From the NCBI GenBank assembly GCA_039683575.1, contig JBDKRC010000018.1, forward strand, positions 1-56,329: 56,329 nucleotides of DNA. Direction: 5' to 3'. The notes under the pieces were generated by a model, which worked only from the letters and a program-made list of their open reading frames with translations, did no database searches and was not told the DNA's origin. This stretch comes from Armatimonadia bacterium. GTDB lineage: Bacteria > Armatimonadota > Zipacnadia > Zipacnadales > UBA11051. Made by a program: the position numbers and the translations under genes. This document shows positions 34,859 to 43,462 of this stretch, one piece after another. The number at the start of each line of letters is the position of its first letter. The stretch's first letter is position 1.

Positions 34859-37303
34859 CTACAACCGGCTAAGCTTCTCCAGCATATCCAGCGCCTGCAG
34901 CCGCACGGTATCCATGACAGTGCGGTCCTTGGGCTGTGCCCATTTCTGCGCCTCGCCACCCATGATCGCTACAGCCTGCTCGGGTCCCGTCACGAGCAGA
35001 GCCTTAGCCTGGGCCACAAGCTTGCTCTGCACGCCCTTGCCCTCTAGCTCCGCCACACGCGCCCGCAGCATCACAAAGTACTCATAGTCCTCGGCGCCCT
35101 CGCGGATCGCCTCCATCTGTTTGGCGTCTGTGACCTCAGCCCTGCCCAGAAACAGGGGCGAGAACGAGGCTCGTGCCTGCAGATAGGCGTTCCACGAGTT
35201 GCCGCCCTCGTCCCCAAAGGCCCAGTAGCACGATCCTTTGCCGCCGTACTTGAGGTTCAGCCAGAACTGCCCGCGCCAATATGACGCTGGGTCGAGCAGC
35301 TTGGCGGGCCCGGAGCACGAGTAGAACCAAAGCTCCCGCCCCGCCCGCTGCTGCTCCACGAAAACGTCCTGATAGGGCTTGCCGCCTCTCAGGAACAGCG
35401 TTGCATTGGGAGACAGCACATCGCTTGTAGTGTAGAGCTCCGCCTCGGCCTTGCTCGGGTCGGCATGGGTGGGGTCATTCCAGATCACGATCCCTGGTTC
35501 AGCGGCATGGATTGCCTTTGCCCACGCGATGATGATCTTGTCCTGTTCAGCCGCGTGAGGTTCGTCCACGAGCAGCAGCTTGATCTGGCCCGGCTTGAGG
35601 CCCTGCGCCTCCGCGTGCTGCACCCATGCCCTCGTCCACGCGCCGACCATCTTGTTGAAGCGCGGAGTGCCCATGGGCTCGTTGTTGAAGCTATTGCGGA
35701 CATTGGCAAAGACGCCCCAATGCTGCGCTCCCGGCCACCTGCCGACCCACTCATCCCAGGTGCTGAAGTTCAACGGGGCGATGAGGTTCCCCTCGGCATC
35801 ATACTGCCCGCCAAAGGGCACGGCCCGCGGGTTGTTCCACGGCATGTTGACGCCATGCTCGCGCAGGTTCCTGATGAGCGCCGCCATGTTGTCCATGGTG
35901 ACGTCGTAACTACCCTTGCCATTGGTCTCATCCCAGCTGCCGATGGCCACGCTGAACTCCGGCGGCATGACGGGGCTGGCGACGTGCAGGCTGATCGGTA
36001 CGGTCGCTTTCGCCTGTCCGGGACATGCCACGTCGAGCGTTGCCCGGTAGCCTCCGGCCGGAAGGTTCTGCGAGCTGAAGTCCAGCCACACCTGACTGGT
36101 GGTGCCGGCCGGAACCGTTACCTGCAGGCCCCGCTCCCCAGGCTCACCCCGCGATAGTGCCGCTCCAACCGGTGTTCCCTCTCGCGTATCGGTGAACATG
36201 ACCTCATGCAAAGTCAAGCATCCAGGCCGCAACCCAGAAGCCTTCACAGCCGCCACCACCGGGCCTTCCGTGGCGTTCGTGAGGTTCAGAACCTCCGCAC
36301 GGTGCTCGTTGCGCATCATGCGCACGTTCAGCGGCGAGGGCCTGCCTGGCTTCCCAGGAGCGTCCAAAGGCTGCAGTGGGTCATACCGGTACCCACCCCA
36401 GGCCGTCAGGCCCTTATAGCCCCTGTCGCGCAATATGGGGGCGTTGAGCGCGTAGATCTGCTGGTGCAGGTCGTTCAGCGGCAGCAGGGTGGTGAAGCCC
36501 TCCGGCACGTCCTCATACGCCTCAATCCCCACCCCCAGCTTCTCCGCACGGTTCAGCAACTGCGCCTTCTGAGCCTCGCTCAGCTTCGCCTTGCCGAGGC
36601 CCTCGCGCACTTGGGCCAGGTCTGCGCGCAGGCGCGACTGGATCATGTCCACGACTTTCCTGGACTTCCAGTATTCCAGCGGCGCCTGTGTCACCTGTTT
36701 GCCCCGCGGCGCCTGGGTCAGCAGCGACTGCGGGCCCTGGTAGATCTCGATCTCATCTACGACGGCATACGGAGTCTGGTCCACGATCAGCGCGACATAG
36801 CGCCCCCGCGCCTGCAAGTCCCCTGTGGCAAAGCGGTGGACGCTATAGGGCTTCGGAGCGGGTGCCCAGCGCTTGTTCGACATCACCACCAGGTCCCCAA
36901 CTACCGTCCACTGCTTACGGTCATCGCTGACCATGATCCGCAGGCTCGCCGGCCACACAACGCCCGCGACCCCGGCGGCGGTGTTGAATGAGAGCCCCGC
37001 GATTGGCTCCACCTGCCCCAGATCGAACACAATGGCAATTGGTTGTTTGTTCACCCATCCCACGGAGGTCTTCTGGACCCAGAAGTACCCCTTGGTGTAC
37101 TCACCGTCGGTCAGGAGAACGCGCTTTTCATCCAGGCTGCAATCGCCATAGTTCGGAGCGGGGTCGAGCGTGTACGGCTTGTGCAGCGCAATGTTGGGCC
37201 CCGGTGGGACAAACGGCGGCTGCGTCGCCTCATCTGCTGCCAGGCACATACTCGCCGCCAGCGTAAGCGCAACTGTCATGGCAATCGTCATTCGCATGAG
37301 CAT
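34859..37303 (-). CDS. Secreted discoidin (F5/8) plus DUF4091/GH123-like glycoside hydrolase
   Basis: Signal peptide, NIALHKPYT...LLTDG...DLGQV...GRYV...DEIEIY, LVDEP, ELWFYSC and C-terminal AIREGAEDYEY. Confidence 0.65.
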   Translation of the reverse strand: MLMRMTIAMTVALTLAASMCLAADEATQPPFVPPGPNIALHKPYTLDPAPNYGDCSLDEKRVLLTDGEYTKGYFWVQKTSVGWVNKQPIAIVFDLGQVEPIAGLSFNTAAGVAGVVWPASLRIMVSDDRKQWTVVGDLVVMSNKRWAPAPKPYSVHRFATGDLQARGRYVALIVDQTPYAVVDEIEIYQGPQSLLTQAPRGKQVTQAPLEYWKSRKVVDMIQSRLRADLAQVREGLGKAKLSEAQKAQLLNRAEKLGVGIEAYEDVPEGFTTLLPLNDLHQQIYALNAPILRDRGYKGLTAWGGYRYDPLQPLDAPGKPGRPSPLNVRMMRNEHRAEVLNLTNATEGPVVAAVKASGLRPGCLTLHEVMFTDTREGTPVGAALSRGEPGERGLQVTVPAGTTSQVWLDFSSQNLPAGGYRATLDVACPGQAKATVPISLHVASPVMPPEFSVAIGSWDETNGKGSYDVTMDNMAALIRNLREHGVNMPWNNPRAVPFGGQYDAEGNLIAPLNFSTWDEWVGRWPGAQHWGVFANVRNSFNNEPMGTPRFNKMVGAWTRAWVQHAEAQGLKPGQIKLLLVDEPHAAEQDKIIIAWAKAIHAAEPGIVIWNDPTHADPSKAEAELYTTSDVLSPNATLFLRGGKPYQDVFVEQQRAGRELWFYSCSGPAKLLDPASYWRGQFWLNLKYGGKGSCYWAFGDEGGNSWNAYLQARASFSPLFLGRAEVTDAKQMEAIREGAEDYEYFVMLRARVAELEGKGVQSKLVAQAKALLVTGPEQAVAIMGGEAQKWAQPKDRTVMDTVRLQALDMLEKLSRL

Positions 37304-37331
37304 TCACCTATCTTCTTGGGCTACAGCGCAC

Positions 37332-40300
37332 CTACGGCAGTTCGGCCGCGTCTACCAGCTTCTTGCCTGCCAGCAGCTTGACGCACGCCCGCTCCCCCGC
37401 CACTGTCAGCTTGCTCAGGTCTAAAGTGTTGCTCCCCGTCTTGGCTGTCTGCGCCAGCAGTATGCGTCCGTCCTTGTCCGCAACCGCCAGACGGCATCCC
37501 GTCGGTAGCTTGCTGATCTGCACGGTCAGTCTGCTTTCATCGCCGCTGAGCGTCATTCGCCGGGTCAGCCGCGCCACGCACCCCACATCCTCCCGCGCCA
37601 GATACAGCCTCGCATACACCTGTGGCTTGCCCGGAAGGGTCGTGTACTCAACCTCGCGGCATCCCAGAAGATCGAACAGGTGCTGACCCGGAGCCAGGCT
37701 GACCGCCATCGCCACCCCGTCGAAGGTGAAGCCGCTGGCGTTGAAGAGATGGAAGAGGGTCTTGTCGCCAGCCGCGGAACCGCGGTCAGCGAAGCGGTTG
37801 ATGTATACCCCCGGCGCATTCCCCGGCGTGTATAGCAGCGCCGTGCAGTCCCGCCCCTGGTATGCATCCTCGCTCTCGGTCAGGATCGTGTAGAACGGCA
37901 GCGGGTAGTAGCGCCCAAACGATTCCACCGCATTCCAGAACTTCTTGCGATCCTTCGGATCTACCGTCATGTGATCCAGTTCATATGCCTTGCACTCCGG
38001 GAAGTAGAACCGCTGCAGGTTGCATTCCAGCGGCCGCAGCGGCGTCGCCATCAGCGTGAGATCGTAGGTAATGGCGCCCTCGAGGTTCGGCATCATGTAG
38101 TCATAGCCAGGGAACTCGGTGGTCAGCACCAGGCCCGGTCGCACCTTGTCCATCTCCGCATGGACCATCTTGGCCATCTCGGCAGCGCCCTTCTGCCACT
38201 GGCTGATCCCCGGCTCCTGGTACGTATGTTTGTGGGTATCGCTATAGCAAGCCCAGCCGGCGTGCCCCACTTCGTCCAGACGCACGCCGTCCGCCCCGGT
38301 CTCGCGCATCACCCGGCCAACAGTCTTTGCGATCCACTCTCGCGGCTCTGGCAATTGGTAGCACGGGTTGAAGACGTTGTAGTTCGTCGATAGCACACCC
38401 TTTTGAGTGATCACGCACCATTCCTTGCCGTGAGCCTTCCCGGTTGGGCAATTCTCGTCGAGGCGGTACGGATCGGTGTACAGCGTCGTCAAAGCGCCCA
38501 TCTTCTGGTATGTCTTGATCGCCTCACGGAACGCCGGCAAGCCTCCGAACCGCTCGTTGTAGCCGGAGTAGTCTCCCGGCTGGTTGTTCCACATGAGTTG
38601 CCCGGTCACCGGGTCTTTCACATAGTACGGCTTCCACATCTCATACACGGCCGTGCCGTACTTCTCCGCCACCTTGTCCAGCGGCGTCATGAACGGCCCC
38701 AGCGGCGACCAATCCCACCACGACATCAGCTCGGTGCAATCCGTCGTAGTGTGCCCGATGCCGGGATCAACCGGCTTGATGAAGTCGGTGCGGTACTTGC
38801 CGTCCTTGAACAGGATGCCCTGTGCCCAGCCTGCGTCAATCATGTTACGCACCGATTTGAGGCGCGAGGGATAGGGGCGCCACTTCCACACCTTGTGCGC
38901 CCAGTCCGCATAGGCGCTGACCGCGGTGTGCCAGTCGCCGGTATGGGCGCTCAGCACCGCATCAGCCGGCACGAAGCTGCCGCCGGGGGCGCGGGTGCGC
39001 CGCAGGTACTCGGTTGACAGTCCAGTCCCCTCCACAGCCGGCAGAGTGTTGGCCACCCTGTACTCCTCGCGCACTCGGTAGTTCACCCCCGGCGCATCCC
39101 CGCCGACCTCGCCCTGACCCGGTATGTACTTGCGCAGGGACAGCAGCTTGTGCCAGCCCTCGCTGTCGTCCAGCCGCAGGTACATCCCGCCGCCTTTGGC
39201 CGGGCTATATAGGTCCATGAGCTGATACAGCGCCTCATAGTCGCCGTAGCCGCGCCGGATCACGGCAGGCTGATCGCTGAAGATACCCCCGCCCCACGGG
39301 TAGTAGTAGTAGTCCTGTGCTGGCTTGTCCGAGACCGCCAGACCGGCCAGGTGCGGAAACGCGAGCTTGAAGTCCACGTCGCCTTTCCCGGCGTTAGTCA
39401 GCTTGAGGCCCATTCGCAGGCCCTCGGTCTCCATGCTCGCTGTAAGTGTCGCCCGCAGCGCCGGTGCGGGCAGCGCCAACTCCGCCGTGAAGCCCGTCTT
39501 GGTGGGCTTGAGGGACGTCAGGCCAAAGTCGCGGCTCCCGGCATAGTCCTTGTCACCCACCTGCACCCAAAACAGCCACACTGCCTCAGGCTGCCGCACC
39601 ATTTCGGTGCGAGTGATGTTGTTCGTGAGCGACACCAGCCGCAGTCGTCCGCCGGTCTCGAAGCGCGCCCGCAGTCGCCCGTTGTCCAGCGTCAGGGCCT
39701 TACCGCTGACCGTGCAGGAGGGCGCCTTCGTCGGGAGCTTGCTCCCACAGGCGGGCGGAGCAATCGCGGGACACATATTGGCCTGTACCGTCTTGGGGTG
39801 ATACGAGCGGCTGCCGCTGATCGTCACGTTGCTGACCACCACCGGCCCCTGCACCGGCCGCACAATGAGCCCGCGCGTACCGAACTTGCTCGTGGCAACC
39901 AGCTTCACCGCACCCTCGCCTTTGACCAACCCGGCCGGCTCGTCCTTCTCGTTCAGCCACGCCACCTCCGCCTGTCCCGCCACCGTCGCAGTAGCTTCCA
40001 GCCCCGCCGCCGCGTCTATGTCCCCGGCGGCCCACTCCAGCCGCAGGCTCTGCCCCGGCTCCAAAGTCATGCCCGCGTCGCTCTTCTTCGCTCCCCGGGC
40101 CCCCACGTACCGCAGCAGGTGGATCGGGTCATCCAAAGACGGCTGCTTCCCCGGGCTGTACTGTACCGTGAAGTTCGCGCTCTTCTGCAGCAGGTACAGG
40201 CGGACCATGTATTCGCCATTGCCGCCGGGGATGGTGAGCTTGTCCTGCGTCCAGGTCTGGCCGTCAAAGGCCACCGCGCTGTTGCCGCGCTTGATGGTGT

Positions 40301-40811
40301 TGTCTATCCCCAGATACAGGTAGTCGTCACCCTTGGAGTTCGGAGCCTTGTGCACCAGGATCTCATTGGGACCGCGCCGCAGTTCCTCGCGGCTGACCGG
40401 GAAGTCATACCAGGCGATGGCTGGCTGCTGGCCCTGTATGTACACCGGCGCCCCGCCGTTGGTCGGGTACTGGTGCGCCTTGCCGTTGATGATGATCTCA
40501 TACGCTTCGTCGAGACCGTTGATCTTCGGCAGATCGTGCCAGGAGTAGTCATGGACCATGAAGTACAGCGAAAGCCGGATCTCCCTGGCGCTGTCCCATA
40601 CGGCGGCGGGGACGTCGCTCAGGTCCAGCATCTTGCGGGCCGTGTAGTCGCCCGTGTTCATGTGCGTGATGCCGTTGGTCATCCCGCCCCAGTTGCCGAG
40701 GTCATCCCGCACGACGGTCACCCCGTCGGCGACCTGCTCTACGCTTGAGGGCACAGCCAGGGCGGGTGAGAACGCAATCAGCAGCAACGATAGTACAAAG
40801 ACGGGTTTCAT
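37332..40811 (-). CDS. Large secreted glycoside-hydrolase-like protein (DUF6259-like barrel)
   Basis: Start reassigned to the ATG at 40811 (signal MKPVFVLSLLLIAFSPALA). Motifs GDWH....Y..W, VRLDEVG and LTTEFP are homologous to the barrel of 26961..30578. Confidence 0.6.
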   Translation of the reverse strand: MKPVFVLSLLLIAFSPALAVPSSVEQVADGVTVVRDDLGNWGGMTNGITHMNTGDYTARKMLDLSDVPAAVWDSAREIRLSLYFMVHDYSWHDLPKINGLDEAYEIIINGKAHQYPTNGGAPVYIQGQQPAIAWYDFPVSREELRRGPNEILVHKAPNSKGDDYLYLGIDNTIKRGNSAVAFDGQTWTQDKLTIPGGNGEYMVRLYLLQKSANFTVQYSPGKQPSLDDPIHLLRYVGARGAKKSDAGMTLEPGQSLRLEWAAGDIDAAAGLEATATVAGQAEVAWLNEKDEPAGLVKGEGAVKLVATSKFGTRGLIVRPVQGPVVVSNVTISGSRSYHPKTVQANMCPAIAPPACGSKLPTKAPSCTVSGKALTLDNGRLRARFETGGRLRLVSLTNNITRTEMVRQPEAVWLFWVQVGDKDYAGSRDFGLTSLKPTKTGFTAELALPAPALRATLTASMETEGLRMGLKLTNAGKGDVDFKLAFPHLAGLAVSDKPAQDYYYYPWGGGIFSDQPAVIRRGYGDYEALYQLMDLYSPAKGGGMYLRLDDSEGWHKLLSLRKYIPGQGEVGGDAPGVNYRVREEYRVANTLPAVEGTGLSTEYLRRTRAPGGSFVPADAVLSAHTGDWHTAVSAYADWAHKVWKWRPYPSRLKSVRNMIDAGWAQGILFKDGKYRTDFIKPVDPGIGHTTTDCTELMSWWDWSPLGPFMTPLDKVAEKYGTAVYEMWKPYYVKDPVTGQLMWNNQPGDYSGYNERFGGLPAFREAIKTYQKMGALTTLYTDPYRLDENCPTGKAHGKEWCVITQKGVLSTNYNVFNPCYQLPEPREWIAKTVGRVMRETGADGVRLDEVGHAGWACYSDTHKHTYQEPGISQWQKGAAEMAKMVHAEMDKVRPGLVLTTEFPGYDYMMPNLEGAITYDLTLMATPLRPLECNLQRFYFPECKAYELDHMTVDPKDRKKFWNAVESFGRYYPLPFYTILTESEDAYQGRDCTALLYTPGNAPGVYINRFADRGSAAGDKTLFHLFNASGFTFDGVAMAVSLAPGQHLFDLLGCREVEYTTLPGKPQVYARLYLAREDVGCVARLTRRMTLSGDESRLTVQISKLPTGCRLAVADKDGRILLAQTAKTGSNTLDLSKLTVAGERACVKLLAGKKLVDAAELP

Positions 40812-41028
40812 GGTGGGTTCTCTCTGGAGTTGGCGTTTTGCGATTACCGGCAAAGGTGCGCCCCTCATCATCTGGATTCCTCCTGCGCACACGCGCACGG
40901 CGGCTTGGAGGTGACTGGCACTTGTGGGGCGAACATGGACCCACTGCGGCTCGCGTGTTGTCTTACAGGTGTGTTGCCGCCGTTGCACATTCGGTTGCCC
41001 GGCGCCGTGAGCGCAGCAGGAGGGGGAC

Positions 41029-43431
41029 ATGCCGATCCAGGTTACCTGTCAGCAGTGTGGAAAGCGGTACGCGCTTCCCAACGACATGGCCGGGCAGACC
41101 GGCGCCTGCTCCTGCGGCGCCAGCATCCCCATCCCCGAACTCCCCCCGCGCCGCCCCGCCGTCAGTCCCCTCGCCGCCACCTCCATGGCATCTCTGTGGC
41201 GGTCCGCTGCGGCACAATGGCCTGTGTTGAGGCGCAACGCTCTCCCCTTCCTGAGACTGACCCTCAGGCGTCCCTCAGTGCCCGCGGCCCTGGCAGCGTG
41301 GCTGTCGTCATTCCTCCTCATCGCCTTGCATAGCACGGTCTACTCGTCCAATCGCTGGCCGGATAGCATGATGCCGCTGCTGGCCGATGTGTGGCTCTAC
41401 GCCGCCGTGGCGACGCTGGCGGTCATCCTCTACCGCCGTCTCACCCCGCGCCCTGTCATGCCGGTTGCCGGTCTCCTGGCAGGATACGCCATCGGTCTAC
41501 TGGTGCTGGTTGTCCATGGCCTGTCAGTCGAATTCCGGGCTTTTCATTGGCTGGCCGGGCCCTTCCCTGGTTACCTCGCTCTGAGGCGCTTCACGGCCTT
41601 CCTCGTGGGCGTGGTGGCCGGTGAGGCTGCGGTCTGGGACCCGTACCAGTTCGCCGACCCTCCGCTCTTGCGCCCAACCGCCAAGCGTGTGCTCACCGCT
41701 CTCCGGCCCCTGGCCAGAATCGGCATCCTCGTGGCATGGCTGGCGCCCACGATGCTGGTGGTATGGCTGTACACGCGGTTTGCCGCGCTGCCGGCCACGC
41801 CCTGGACCATCCCCTCGCAAGCCTGGGCTTACTGGCTCACGCTCCTGCTGGTACCGGCGCTCTTTGGCCTCTGGGCTGCCTGGCAGTGGCGACGTCCCCG
41901 GCGCCTGGCCTGCGCCCCGGCCTTCTCGTTCGTCGGGGTGCAGTTGGGCTTGCTGGTAGCTCTCGTGGTGTGGAGATACCCCTCATGGCAGCGTGAAACC
42001 GCCGTTGCCCTCTCCGCCTTCCTGGGCCTGCTCGGCGTCGGGTTAGCCGTGGTCTTCGTCGCGCACCCTCCTGACGTCGTCTCCGGGCGCACTCGCAGGG
42101 CCACAGCGACCGCGCTGGCCGCCGTGGGCCTGGTGGTTTGCACCGTTGTCACCGGCTTTGCCGTAAGGCCCGACCTGCAGGCCATGCTCTGGCGTCGCGC
42201 GGCTGTGACCACGGACCTGGATAGCTTTGCCACGGCCAGACTGGCTGCGGTGCATGGCGCGAAGGCAGCCCCCATCTTGATCGCGACGCTGGGCGACGAG
42301 CATCAGTACGTCCGCGAAGCTGCAGCGAAAGCCCTGGCGCACCCGGGCAAGCGCAGTGTGAACGCACTCAACGCCATGCTGCCTCAGGCGCCCGTGCGGC
42401 ACCGGTGCTGGGCGGCCTACTTTCTCGGCGAGAGCAAGCGGCCTGAGGCCGTGCCGCCCCTGTTGGCTCTGCTCAGGAACCAACTCCCCCCGCCCCCACC
42501 TGACGTTGAGTTGGAAGAGCGGCAGATGCTCCAAAATGCCCGGGGGTACATGCCCGGCGATCTCACCCTCAAGGCCTGGGAGGCGAGGAAGAGGCAACTC
42601 CCGCGCTTCCGTCGCCGCTATGAGTACAGCTCCACGATGTTCTTTCCTCATGGCATGCCTGTAGAAGACAGGGCGATGCGGGCCTGGGAACGGGAGCAGC
42701 GGGAGCTTGCGCGTTACCACAACCCTCCCGAGCCGCGGCGCGGCCTGCCGGCGGAGTACGCCTTCTTCGACTACACCGGCGAGAGCTCCCGTGTCGCGGC
42801 AGTTGTCGCCCTGGCGAAGATCGACGATCCCGCAGTTGGCCCGGCTCTGGCGGCAGTGCTGGACGATCCGGCACTCTCAGTGCGTCAGGCGTCGCTGGCG
42901 GCCTTGGCGACTGTGAAGTACCAGGCTGCGATTCCGGCGCTACGGGCTATCCTCGATAGGGCGAGCGTCCCGGAGCGTGCTCTGGCAGCCGAGGCGCTGG
43001 CGGCCATGGGCGACCGTGAGATCGTGCTGCCGCTGATCAGGCTGCTGCAGACGGGCGATTCCAGAGCCGTGAAGGCTGCGACACCCGCTCTGGCGCAGAC
43101 TGGGGACAAACGGGCCCTGCAGCCGCTGGCACAGGCGCTGGCGCGCGGCTCGGACACTGATGGCCTCAACATGCTGCTCACGGCCTATCAGGGCCTGGGT
43201 GGCAACACTCTACAGCCGCTCTTGGCTGCCGCAAGCAACCCGGACCCGTGGGTGCGCGACTTTGCCGCCCATAAGCTGCGGGAGCAGCACCCGGCCGAGG
43301 GTGTGGCTCATTTCAGCAAGCTATTGGCTATCCCAGAGCGTGCCGAACAGGCCGCGCTGGTACTGCGGCGCATGGCGACCGACGAGGCGAAGGCCGCGCT
43401 GCGGGCTCGCGGATGGCCGGAAGACTGGTAG
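41029..43431 (+). CDS. Zinc-ribbon, multi-pass membrane, HEAT-repeat protein
   Basis: N-terminal CQQCGKRY...CSCG, roughly ten hydrophobic segments, then HEAT repeats (VREAAAKALA, VRQASLAALA, ERALAAEALA, VRDFAAHKL). Confidence 0.75.
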   Translation: MPIQVTCQQCGKRYALPNDMAGQTGACSCGASIPIPELPPRRPAVSPLAATSMASLWRSAAAQWPVLRRNALPFLRLTLRRPSVPAALAAWLSSFLLIALHSTVYSSNRWPDSMMPLLADVWLYAAVATLAVILYRRLTPRPVMPVAGLLAGYAIGLLVLVVHGLSVEFRAFHWLAGPFPGYLALRRFTAFLVGVVAGEAAVWDPYQFADPPLLRPTAKRVLTALRPLARIGILVAWLAPTMLVVWLYTRFAALPATPWTIPSQAWAYWLTLLLVPALFGLWAAWQWRRPRRLACAPAFSFVGVQLGLLVALVVWRYPSWQRETAVALSAFLGLLGVGLAVVFVAHPPDVVSGRTRRATATALAAVGLVVCTVVTGFAVRPDLQAMLWRRAAVTTDLDSFATARLAAVHGAKAAPILIATLGDEHQYVREAAAKALAHPGKRSVNALNAMLPQAPVRHRCWAAYFLGESKRPEAVPPLLALLRNQLPPPPPDVELEERQMLQNARGYMPGDLTLKAWEARKRQLPRFRRRYEYSSTMFFPHGMPVEDRAMRAWEREQRELARYHNPPEPRRGLPAEYAFFDYTGESSRVAAVVALAKIDDPAVGPALAAVLDDPALSVRQASLAALATVKYQAAIPALRAILDRASVPERALAAEALAAMGDREIVLPLIRLLQTGDSRAVKAATPALAQTGDKRALQPLAQALARGSDTDGLNMLLTAYQGLGGNTLQPLLAAASNPDPWVRDFAAHKLREQHPAEGVAHFSKLLAIPERAEQAALVLRRMATDEAKAALRARGWPEDW

Positions 43432-43462
43432 GGGACTCATCAACAGAGGGGGTAGTACTCAG

